This document shows positions 19,868 to 28,624 of a stretch of 64,000 bases of DNA, piece after piece. This DNA is from Promethearchaeia archaeon. GTDB lineage: Archaea; Asgardarchaeota; Lokiarchaeia; Sigyniarchaeales; SOKP01. The position numbers and the translations under genes were made by a program. How positions within the stretch are numbered: position 1 is the stretch's first letter; every line of letters begins with the position of its first letter. The notes under the pieces were generated by a model, which worked only from the letters and a program-made list of their open reading frames with translations, was not told where the DNA came from and made no database searches. Location: contig JAHQWJ010000062.1 of assembly GCA_029856125.1 (NCBI GenBank), positions 1 through 64,000 of the forward strand. The letters are read 5' to 3'.

Positions 19868-20824
19868 ATGAATGACAATAATTCAAGAAGGGATAAATCA
19901 GAAGATAAACCTAATATGACCGAAGAGGAAATAGAAAACATTAATCTTGACGACGAAAAGATAAAGCGATACATGAAAAAGTACAAAGAAGAGAACGATA
20001 AATACGCAATTTGGAGAGGGGCGATAACAGAAGGTTTTAAAAAATGGTTAAAAGGCGAAAAAATCTATACGCGGGACAAGGAAAGAATATCTTTATATGT
20101 CGACGATAAGATTAAAGGAAATTGGCAAAAATTTATAAATAAAAACAAAGAATCGTTTCCTACTTTTTCAGAGTTAATAAGACAAAGTGTTAAGTCATTT
20201 ATGGAAGATTCGAGTAGAGTATCAAGTGAATTGTCTAAACTGAACCCGAGTACCCGATCTAACATCTCTCACGCCTTAAAGGAACCCCTAACGTCTATTA
20301 AAGGTTATTCTCAGTTACTTCTTGAAAGCGAAGAATACAATGATAAATTAAGTGAGCATGTTGAAGAAACAATAAAAAATATTTTCGATCAGAGTAATTT
20401 ATTAGAAAATATTATAAAGAATTTCTTAGACAATATTCAACCTGAAAGTACTCCCTACGATATTTTATTAATTGAAGACGATTTGCCAACTATCCGGTTA
20501 ATAACAAGCTATTTTGAAAGTAAGCATTATGTCTGTAAGGGAGTTATAAATGGGACAAAAGGCTTAGAGGAATTAAGAAGGGTGGTCCCAAAAGTTATAT
20601 TATTAGACATTATATTGCCTGATTTAAGCGGGTATGATATATGTCAGACTATAAAAACAGATAGTGCTTACAAAAAAATACCAGTTTACTTTCTAACAGC
20701 GATATCCGCATCAGAAATAAAAAAACGCTTAAATGAGACGCTAGCTGATGGATACATTCTTAAACCTTTTAACTTTTCTGATTTCAAAGTTATATTTGAA
20801 ATTTTAAATGGAAAAGTGAATTAA
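19868..20824 (+). CDS. RHH-like / HisKA / receiver-domain response regulator (paralog 1)
   Basis: RISLYV..W..F..TFSELIRQSV (RHH-like); SHALKEPLTSIKGYSQLL (HisKA); IEDD / LLDIILPD / LTA / KPF (receiver). May start at ATA 19820. Confidence 0.85.
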   Translation: MNDNNSRRDKSEDKPNMTEEEIENINLDDEKIKRYMKKYKEENDKYAIWRGAITEGFKKWLKGEKIYTRDKERISLYVDDKIKGNWQKFINKNKESFPTFSELIRQSVKSFMEDSSRVSSELSKLNPSTRSNISHALKEPLTSIKGYSQLLLESEEYNDKLSEHVEETIKNIFDQSNLLENIIKNFLDNIQPESTPYDILLIEDDLPTIRLITSYFESKHYVCKGVINGTKGLEELRRVVPKVILLDIILPDLSGYDICQTIKTDSAYKKIPVYFLTAISASEIKKRLNETLADGYILKPFNFSDFKVIFEILNGKVN

Positions 20825-21133
20825 TCTGAGTATATGTTAACTAAATGATCCCCATCAAGAGAAAGATAGTGATTTTTCTTTGAGTTTGTTAACTTTTAAA
20901 AAAAATAAGTTATAACTTAATTGGATTAAATTTATTTTTTGTGAAGAATTACTTTAAAGTATAGAATTAGTTTACAAAAAATAAAAATTTTTATAATAAG
21001 CAATATAATAATTTTAGATTTTTAAGGTTAAAATTACTCAGAAATAAATAAAATGAAATAGGTGTAAAAAATTCCTAACGAAAAAGAGAACGATAACAAT
21101 TCAAATGGTACGGAAAATCACACAAATCCAAAA

Positions 21134-22024
21134 ATGACTGACGAAGAAATAAATAATCTGGATTTGAATAGCGAACAAGCGAAGAAGTTAATGAGGGTGT
21201 ATGAAGAGACAACGGATAAATATGCTAATTGGCGTGGAAATATAACAGAAGGTTTTATGAAATGGCTTAAGGGAGAAAAAATATACGACAGAGAAAAAGA
21301 ACGCATTTCCTTGTATGTAGCAGACAAAACCAAAGAAGAGTGGAGCGAGTTTATTAAAACTCATAAAGATAAATATAACACCATTTCCAAACTTATACGA
21401 GAGAGTGTTAATTATTTTATTAAGCAAGATTCCACTTTAATCAATGAAGATCTGCATAAATTAGACAATCAGACTCTCACAAACATATCGCATGCTCTAA
21501 AGGAACCGTTAACATCAATCAAAGGATTTTCTCAACTATTGATTGAAAATTATCGTGATGAGATGGAAGAAAATGTTTTTAACACCATTCAAAATATATT
21601 TAATCAATCTTTGCTTTTAGAAAACAAAATTATCACCATTCTGGACAATATAAAAACAGAAACTTCTCAATACGACATATTGCTAATAGAAGATGACTTA
21701 GCTACTATTCGTTTATTAACAAGCTATTTTGAAAGCAAAGGCTTTTCCTGTAAGGGTGTAGTTAGTGGAACAAAAGGATTGGAAGAGCTAGCAAATAACC
21801 CACCTAAGTTGGTATTGCTTGATATTATTTTGCCCGATTATAGTGGATACGACATCTGCAAACGAATTAAAGCAAGTAAAGAGCTTCAAAACATTCCGAT
21901 TTATTTGTTAACTGCTATACCAGGTTCAGAAGTAGAAAAGAACCTCGAAGATAGTAATGCTGACGGTTATATTCTAAAACCATTTGACTTCTCTGATTTT
22001 GAAGTAATATTTCAATATTTATAG
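21134..22024 (+). CDS. RHH-like / HisKA / receiver-domain response regulator (paralog 2)
   Basis: Same motifs and domain order as 19868-20824, with long identical peptide blocks. May start at ATT 21071. Confidence 0.85.
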   Translation: MTDEEINNLDLNSEQAKKLMRVYEETTDKYANWRGNITEGFMKWLKGEKIYDREKERISLYVADKTKEEWSEFIKTHKDKYNTISKLIRESVNYFIKQDSTLINEDLHKLDNQTLTNISHALKEPLTSIKGFSQLLIENYRDEMEENVFNTIQNIFNQSLLLENKIITILDNIKTETSQYDILLIEDDLATIRLLTSYFESKGFSCKGVVSGTKGLEELANNPPKLVLLDIILPDYSGYDICKRIKASKELQNIPIYLLTAIPGSEVEKNLEDSNADGYILKPFDFSDFEVIFQYL

Positions 22025-22055
22025 AAATATATTAGCATTTTTTATTAAAAATAAG

Positions 22056-22129
22056 CGGGCTATGAGGGAATCGAACCCCCGACCTGCCGGTTAAGAGCCG
22101 GATGCGCTACCTGACTGCGCTAATAGCCC
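22056..22129 (-). tRNA. tRNA-Lys(CTT)
   Basis: GGGCTAT...GCGCAGTCAGGTAGCGC...CCGG-CT-CTT-AA-CCGG...GGGGGTTCGATTCCCTC-ATAGCCC-G. Confidence 0.93.
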
Positions 22130-22154
22130 ATTGAGTATTACTTGCCATTTAAAA

Positions 22155-22255
22155 CGCACCTGGAGGGATTTGAACCCCCGAGCGCTTACGCGCACTGGCT
22201 TACTTGATCGTATTGTCTACTCAAGGCCAGCGTCTTACCACTAGGCTACAGGTGC
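22155..22255 (-). tRNA. tRNA-Ser(TGA) with canonical 37/38 intron (22201-22219)
   Basis: Acceptor GCACCTG/CAGGTGC, CTGGC-CT-TGA-G[19 nt]A-GCCAG, long variable arm, G73; CTTG/CAAG BHB helix. Confidence 0.9.
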
Positions 22256-22503
22256 TCCAATTATTTTGATTCTACGCAGAATAATAATGGAACGATATTC
22301 CTAAGAATTATCTGCTTGATATTTTCAACCTATATCTGTAGATTTTTTATTTTTAATATTGTGATATAGATATTAAAATAGTTTATTTTTAATAAAATAA
22401 ATTTCTTTTTATTTTAATCTCGTAATTCCTAACCTTTAAGAGAACAGTAAAGAAAAAATATAAATTTTATGTTGCATTGACTCATAATTGAGATGATGTA
22501 AAA

Positions 22504-22986
22504 ATGAGTGGGGCAAAAAATTTTAGGTATTTGATACCAGATCGATTATTTAAAGAAATTACCCAGAAAGCCGCAGAGGTTCATCCAAACATCGAACACT
22601 ATTGGATTTTTGCTGATCGTAAAGAAAACTTTGGAATTGTTAATAAATTTATTGTTAATCCAGATTTAAGAAAATCAAAAACCCACGTCAAACCAAGAAG
22701 TTGGATGAGATATAAAAAGTCAAAAATTTATAACATGCGTAAGTTTAAACAGGAACTTAACGTAGATATCGTCTGGCAAGCACACACACATCCATCGGGA
22801 AACGATAAACTACACCCAATTGATAAGAGGATACTTAAATATCTTTCAAATGGGGTTATGATTATCATTATACCTCACATACCAGAAAAAGAGTTAGAGG
22901 GGCATATGGTGGGTTGGTATTACGATAAGCGCTATACAAAAAAACCGATGATTGAAAAGATGGTCTTTGAGATTATCCAAGAATGA
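22504..22986 (+). CDS. JAB/MPN (JAMM) domain protein
   Basis: N-terminal E in HPNIE and the motif WQAHTHPSGNDKLHPID. Confidence 0.75.
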   Translation: MSGAKNFRYLIPDRLFKEITQKAAEVHPNIEHYWIFADRKENFGIVNKFIVNPDLRKSKTHVKPRSWMRYKKSKIYNMRKFKQELNVDIVWQAHTHPSGNDKLHPIDKRILKYLSNGVMIIIIPHIPEKELEGHMVGWYYDKRYTKKPMIEKMVFEIIQE

Positions 22987-23133
22987 TTCTGAGCTCAGTT
23001 TATTTGGTTTTCTTTTTTAATTTTTTCTTTTTATTTTTTAAGGTTAAGTAAAGCTTTTATTGATACGTACTCTGAACATTATGAAAACGTACGGTTTTAA
23101 TTTCTACTAATTAAAGAATTAAAGGATGTAATT

Positions 23134-23518
23134 ATGGATGCAGAAGATCAAAATTTAGTCAAACCAGATGAAATTGAGATTAGAGATAAAAATTTCTTTC
23201 AAATAGCTACCTAAGTGATGGGATAATTGGTTTACTAAAGCTATTTCTACAATATCCAAATCTACTTATCACATTCTACTAACACAAATATTGTATTTTT
23301 CGGTTGTTTATTCAGTTTATGGAGATCATTACGGAGCAAGTATCTTCGGAATTAATACCTCATATAATTTAACCATTTATTTGTACTTAATCATAAATTG
23401 GGTGATATGTATTCCGTATGGAGTTTTATGGTATTACATCGAATTTAAGCTAAGAGAATATTACTTACTTCATAAAAAAAAAACCAAGATAGGAAGAATA
23501 ATCGGTTTAACAAAATAG
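23134..23518 (+). pseudogene. Probable degraded membrane-protein gene
   Basis: ATG 23134 after an AAGGA SD-like element gives MDAEDQN... ending at a stop near 23214; a hydrophobic 75-aa fragment follows in another frame (23291-23518). Confidence 0.35.
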
Positions 23519-23638
23519 AATCTTTATTTTTTTATATTTGCTTATTTTTAAAATGAACTGCTCATTCCAATGAAAAAGTATTAAAATTTTAAATTTTTAT
23601 ATACAAAATATACCACTTGAAGATTATATCAATATTAA

Positions 23639-23740
23639 GCAATCGTCGCTTAGCTTGGTAGAACGCTTAAGCGTGCTAAAAGCGCTGGATTGCTAATCCA
23701 GTGTCCAACGGACTCGAGGGTTCGAATCCCTCCGATTGCG
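23639..23740 (+). tRNA. tRNA-Ser(GCT) with D-arm intron (23662-23680)
   Basis: GCAATCG/CGATTGC-G; CTGGA-TT-GCT-AA-TCCAG; long variable arm. Removing 19 nt restores GCTTAGCTTGGTAGAGCG. Confidence 0.88.
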
Positions 23741-23763
23741 CTCTAATAATCTTCAAACAATAA

Positions 23764-23866
23764 GGGCCCATGGTCTAGTGGTTATGACGTCTCGCTTACA
23801 CCGAGAAGGTCGGGAGTTCGATTTTAAAGCGAAATTATCGCTTAAACGAAAACCTCCCTGGGCCCA
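23764..23866 (+). tRNA. tRNA-Val(TAC) with T-loop intron (23823-23852)
   Basis: GGGCCCA/TGGGCCC-A; TCTCG-CT-TAC-AC-CGAGA; BHB with TTCG/CGAA central helix. Splicing restores TTCGATC. Confidence 0.9.
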
Positions 23867-23870
23867 TTAT

Positions 23871-24665
23871 TTATAATTTCGATGTATATAATTTTTTAAT
23901 TCTTTCAGACCGAATTGCATTTAATTTGCAGTTTTTTAGATATTTTCCTATATCTGCAATAATTCCTGGAGCAGTGGTAGATTCTCTTAATATTACTATG
24001 TTTTCTAGAAATCCGAAGCGTTCTATTGAAGCAATGTCCCGATAATGTCCAGTTTTCACAAGTGCTTTTTTAAATTGACCTTTAGTTTCACCACTAACAA
24101 ACACCGCCTCGAGATTCTCTGAAATCAGTTTTTCGTAAAAATCTAACGTTTTTTGATCTAAAACGCCTTGGATTTGTTGTTTTTCTTTATTTATCGCAAC
24201 AATCTTCACATAAACAGGGAATTTATTAATAAAATCATAGGTTTTGATAATTTCTGTCAATGAAACAGTTTTTCCATTACACAATTGAGTTCTCAAATCA
24301 TGAAGGTTTAATAATACATCAATCTTAGGATTTACAATGGCACAGTCTACAAAAATTCCAAAACCTACTTTTCCTACATCCAATAAGACTCCTTTAAAGA
24401 CGTCGTTTGTATTAACATCTTCAAATTCATGTATAGCCCCAATCTTTTTCTTTAGTAGATTTAAAATGAATACTTCTTCGCCCCCTGAAATGAGAATTTC
24501 AAACCTATTATCAAACTTTCTTAATTTTTTAATACGGATTTTAGTGCCCGGAAAGCTCTGGCTTACTTCTTTTAAGTATTTAAGGTATCTAATCGAAATA
24601 TCTTTGACGTTGCCTTTTTTTGGGATATTATATATTTGATCGTATAAAACCAGTGATTTTACCAT
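23871..24665 (-). CDS. DUF2110 family protein (S1-like domain)
   Basis: G.L.DVGKVGFGIFVD and TTAPGIIADIGKYL motifs. Confidence 0.65.
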   Translation of the reverse strand: MVKSLVLYDQIYNIPKKGNVKDISIRYLKYLKEVSQSFPGTKIRIKKLRKFDNRFEILISGGEEVFILNLLKKKIGAIHEFEDVNTNDVFKGVLLDVGKVGFGIFVDCAIVNPKIDVLLNLHDLRTQLCNGKTVSLTEIIKTYDFINKFPVYVKIVAINKEKQQIQGVLDQKTLDFYEKLISENLEAVFVSGETKGQFKKALVKTGHYRDIASIERFGFLENIVILRESTTAPGIIADIGKYLKNCKLNAIRSERIKKLYTSKL

Positions 24666-24833
24666 AAAAATTCTCAAAAATTAGTGATATGAATAATATT
24701 ATAAAGAATTGCTTAAATCTAAAATTTCCCTTTTTCTCACATCACATCAAGATTTTCTTTCGTTCTAACAAAATTTATATTAGTGTGGTTTTATGATTCA
24801 TTAAACACAATAGTAGAGAATTATGGTGGAGAT

Positions 24834-25205
24834 ATGGAACTACAACGTTTTAAATATTTAGTAGACCAATTAAGGGAATATGACGGGATGGAAGAGATTT
24901 TCGTGTTGAGTCCTGAAGGTGAAATCCTTTTTAAATCTGAAGAATTCCAATTATCAAATGACGATGCAAAAGCGATCTTACAAGCGTGGAAAGAAAATGA
25001 ACAAGCTTTAATGTTCCAGAGTTATAGATATGCCATTTTAAAAAACGATGAGATACAACTAGCAGCAAAAAATATTGTTGGAGGAAAAGGCAATATAGTT
25101 GGGTCCATTACGAGAGAAGGAGACTACATCATAGCCCATACGCAAGATAAGGGCCTTATTGTGCTTGAATGGTCTATTTTTATCAATAAGGTTGCTTGGA
25201 GTTAG
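24834..25205 (+). CDS. Profilin-like protein
   Basis: 123 aa from the ATG after GGTGGAG; pattern VLSPEGEILFKS..F.L...I...W......F....Y.I.....QLAAKN..GKGNIVG...YIIAH resembles Asgard profilins. Confidence 0.7.
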   Translation: MELQRFKYLVDQLREYDGMEEIFVLSPEGEILFKSEEFQLSNDDAKAILQAWKENEQALMFQSYRYAILKNDEIQLAAKNIVGGKGNIVGSITREGDYIIAHTQDKGLIVLEWSIFINKVAWS

Positions 25206-25373
25206 CCGAGAAAACCCTTTTTTTTATATTTTAAAACCAATCTAATTTAAAAAATAATAAATGACGATCAAAATAGTTTAAATATTAATTAAATTTTATA
25301 AAAAAAAAACATTCTACAATATCTAATATAAATATTTTATAAAGTTTCAGAGAATGATACTAAAATTCCTTAA

Positions 25374-25396
25374 TAGATTAAATCGCGTTTAATCTA
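25374..25396. promoter_or_regulatory. Perfect 9-bp inverted repeat upstream of the cytochrome b-HdrC fusion gene
   Basis: TAGATTAAA-TCGCG-TTTAATCTA. Confidence 0.4.
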
Positions 25397-25461
25397 CGTA
25401 TAAATAAATCTCTGGAATGATCAAATTGATACTAAAAATAGAGTCGAAGGGATAAAGAAAG

Positions 25462-26655
25462 ATGGAAACTAAAGCTAATAAGATATATTTGATGTTTATA
25501 TATGCAATTTTCCCCATAATTGCTTCAATAATCTATTTAATTGAAGAACCGATACCCTATCTAGGATCCGATGATTTAATTCATAGAATTGGTAGTATAT
25601 TTGGGATTTTCGGTTTTATTTGGATGTGTTTTAACATCGTCATCATGACAAAAATTAGAGTCATAGAAACAAATTATAGCTTGGATTGGTTAAATAAATT
25701 TCACATGTGGACAGCGGTTATTGCAATAATACTTGGCTCTCTCCATTATCCATTAATGCGTATAGGAGGAGCCATTGATCCTACTCAATTACGTACTGGA
25801 AATTTTGGTTGGGCTTCTTTTGTTCTTCTGATGGTATTGGCAAAAATCTTCATGTCAAATAGCCTAGTGAAGTACAAAGCAATCGGAAAACTGAGATTGT
25901 CTGCATACATTATGAGATTTAAATATGGTACCAATAAAATCCTTCATAATGTTATGATGGTAGGATTGGCTCTCATTTTTTACCACTCGATAATATCGTT
26001 CACATCGATAAGTTCGTTGTACATGCTTGGCGTATACTACTTTTTCTTTGGCATTACGATTATCGGATGGTTTTATCACAAGGTGATTCGAAGGCTTCGA
26101 TCTACAAGTGACCCCTATGCGTATCGTAAAAACTCTTGGGACACTGTAAGCACGGAATGGGTCTCAGAAAAGAATAAAAAGTGGGCATTTCGTTCATTAA
26201 AGCAAAACCCTTCGCTCTATCCATGTTTGCAATGCGGAACGTGTACGTCTGAATGTCCTGTTTCCATTGTTACAGAGGGAAACTATAACCCAAGAAGGAA
26301 TATCTTAGCCACTCTTTTTGGGTATAGAGATTTGCTTTTAAATGGAGAAGATTTAGTAATCTGGGGTTGTACCGATTGTCATACATGTGAGGAAGTATGT
26401 CCTCAAGGTATTGAACTGACAGATTTATTTGCATCCTTGAAGAACCAGAGTATTGCTTTAGGTAAAGGGCCAGATTACATTATTGAACAAGCTAAAACAA
26501 TTTTTGACAATGCGAAAGCTATACCTTCTCAGCCAGCTATCGAACGTAGGCGCCAAGAATTTGGGTTACCAGCAGTTTCAGAACCAAATATTAGTGAAGT
26601 GCAAACTTTGCTAACTAACTTAGGAATTAAAGATAAATTTGAATTGAGAACTTAA
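25462..26655 (+). CDS. Ferric-reductase-like transmembrane (cytochrome b) domain fused to HdrC-like 2[4Fe-4S] domain
   Basis: About 6 TM helices with His pairs (FHMW..LHY; LHNV..YHS); C-terminal CLQCGTCTSECP, NPRR, WGCTDCHTCEEVCPQG and RRRQEFGLP. Confidence 0.8.
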   Translation: METKANKIYLMFIYAIFPIIASIIYLIEEPIPYLGSDDLIHRIGSIFGIFGFIWMCFNIVIMTKIRVIETNYSLDWLNKFHMWTAVIAIILGSLHYPLMRIGGAIDPTQLRTGNFGWASFVLLMVLAKIFMSNSLVKYKAIGKLRLSAYIMRFKYGTNKILHNVMMVGLALIFYHSIISFTSISSLYMLGVYYFFFGITIIGWFYHKVIRRLRSTSDPYAYRKNSWDTVSTEWVSEKNKKWAFRSLKQNPSLYPCLQCGTCTSECPVSIVTEGNYNPRRNILATLFGYRDLLLNGEDLVIWGCTDCHTCEEVCPQGIELTDLFASLKNQSIALGKGPDYIIEQAKTIFDNAKAIPSQPAIERRRQEFGLPAVSEPNISEVQTLLTNLGIKDKFELRT

Positions 26656-26900
26656 CTCCATAAATAGTAAGAAATAAAGGAATAAAGGTTCAATAAAATT
26701 AAATTACGATTTTAAAGATTGAGATTTCATATTTTTTTGTTGTTTTCTTTTAAGATTTTTATCTGGATTTTCAGATACAAATTACAATAAACGTTATAGT
26801 TTATTTAGTAAAAATATAAATTTTATTGATTATTTGATTATTAAAATAGTAAAAAAAATACGTAATAAAAATTAATTAAAAATTCTATTAGGAGAGATTC

Positions 26901-27623
26901 ATGTTCCAGCAAGCAGGAAGGGGCTATGATATGGCTATAACTCAGTTTTCCCCTGAGGGTCGTCTTTTTCAGGTTGAGTACGCCATAGAAGCTGTAAGAA
27001 GAGGGACAACATCTATTGTATGCAGAAATAGTAATTCTGTTGTATTTACAGTAGAGAAAAAGAGTTCCGAGCTTCAAGAAGTTATTGGCTCTGAGAAAAT
27101 TTTTAAAATTGACGACCATATTGGCGTGGCCATCGCTGGACTCACTGCTGACGCAAGAGTTTTAGTTGATAGAGCTCGCGTCCAAGCACAGGTTAATATT
27201 TTAAATTATGATGAGAAGATTTCTGTAAAAGATAGCACTTTAAACATTTGCGAATACCTCCAATTGTTTACCCAGAATGCGGGCGTAAGGCCTTTTGGAG
27301 TAAGTTTCCTTATAGCTGGAATCAATCCGGGTGAGGAAAAGAAGGCTGAACTCTATTTGACGGATCCCTCTGGCGCGAGTTGGGGATACCGGGCATTTGC
27401 AATTGGTTCGGGTGCAACGGATGCAAGAGCTTACCTTGAAGAAAATTATAAAGAAGATATAAGTGATGAGGACCTAAAGTTGTTACCTTTAAGGACCTTG
27501 AAGGAATTAATGGGTGAAAATTTAAGTAAGGATACTTGTGATGTAGCTTTCATTATGAAAGACGATTTAAAATTTAAGCTATTAAATGATCAAGAAAAGG
27601 AAGAATTATTAGCTAAAATATAA
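26901..27623 (+). CDS. psmA: Proteasome subunit alpha
   Basis: GYDMAITQFSPEGRLFQVEYA, EKIFKIDDHIG, RPFGVS and TDPSG. Confidence 0.97.
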   Translation: MFQQAGRGYDMAITQFSPEGRLFQVEYAIEAVRRGTTSIVCRNSNSVVFTVEKKSSELQEVIGSEKIFKIDDHIGVAIAGLTADARVLVDRARVQAQVNILNYDEKISVKDSTLNICEYLQLFTQNAGVRPFGVSFLIAGINPGEEKKAELYLTDPSGASWGYRAFAIGSGATDARAYLEENYKEDISDEDLKLLPLRTLKELMGENLSKDTCDVAFIMKDDLKFKLLNDQEKEELLAKI

Positions 27624-27740
27624 TCTTCTTACAATTATATCTGATTCAAGGTTATCTCAAATTAACGTTTATCTAATAATAGAAGGCAAAAAACATACAG
27701 AAACTATATATTTCCATAAAGCAAATAGAGATAAGTTTCA

Positions 27741-28532
27741 ATGATAGGCAGAGCGCGGATAGATTTAGGTGGTTTTATCATCGGACGCATTCAAAAAGAG
27801 GGTCGAACATTTGAAATGCTGTTAGCCCCAGATCAGGCTTGGGAAGCAAAAAAAATGATTCGAGAAGAAATCAATAAGCGCCTTTTAGAAGGAAAGGATA
27901 AATCTCGCGTTTCTGTTGACGAACTTCTAAAAAACCCTAAGATATCAATTGAATTAATTTTCGAAAGCTTCATTGTATTTGAGGATTTAAGGCGAGGAAA
28001 AAAAGCTACCGACGGTGATATGGAGGCTGTATTTAACACTTCAGAAGGGAGAATTATAGCGAGCCATATATTACTTGATGGGGAGATTCAATGGACTCGC
28101 TCTCAAAGAGATGAAGAGAAGGAGAAGAAATTAAAACAAATTATAACAATAATTACCAAAAATGCGATAAATCCTCAAAATAAGAAGCCACATCCTTATC
28201 AGAGAATCGAGAAAGCATTAGAAGAAGCTAACGTTAAAGTTGACTTGATGAGAAACGCAGAAGAACAGGTAGATGATGTTATAAAACAAATACGGGCAAT
28301 TATACCTATTCGGATGGAACAAGTGGAACTCGCGCTCAAAATACCTTCTGTATTTACCGCTAAAGGTTATAACATAGTAGCACAATTAGCACAAATTAAG
28401 AAAGAGGAGTGGCAATCGGATGGATCGTGGGTATCAGTTGTTAGTTTGCCAGCAGGGTTGCAGATGGAATTAGTAGATAAGTTAAATAAACTTACTCATG
28501 GAAGAGTTCAAACTAAAATTATGAAATCTTAA
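27741..28532 (+). CDS. Ribosome maturation protein SBDS/Sdo1
   Basis: FE..., ILLDGEIQ, INPQNKKPHP..RIEKALEEA, EEWQSDGSW; conserved position after psmA. Confidence 0.92.
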   Translation: MIGRARIDLGGFIIGRIQKEGRTFEMLLAPDQAWEAKKMIREEINKRLLEGKDKSRVSVDELLKNPKISIELIFESFIVFEDLRRGKKATDGDMEAVFNTSEGRIIASHILLDGEIQWTRSQRDEEKEKKLKQIITIITKNAINPQNKKPHPYQRIEKALEEANVKVDLMRNAEEQVDDVIKQIRAIIPIRMEQVELALKIPSVFTAKGYNIVAQLAQIKKEEWQSDGSWVSVVSLPAGLQMELVDKLNKLTHGRVQTKIMKS

Positions 28533-28624
28533 CTGATTAATTTTTGACTAATTTTTGTATAGATTTTTTTTTACTACATTGGTTAAGTAAAAGCATAAAT
28601 AATAAGAAAAAGTGAGTTTAAGAA

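Noticed and set aside
19868-22024. Annotation as hybrid sensor histidine kinases
   Set aside because: No HATPase_c N/G1/F/G2 boxes and no sensor domain.
22256-23638. Integrated mobile element between tRNA genes
   Set aside because: No integrase or transposase, and no duplicated tRNA 3' end seen.
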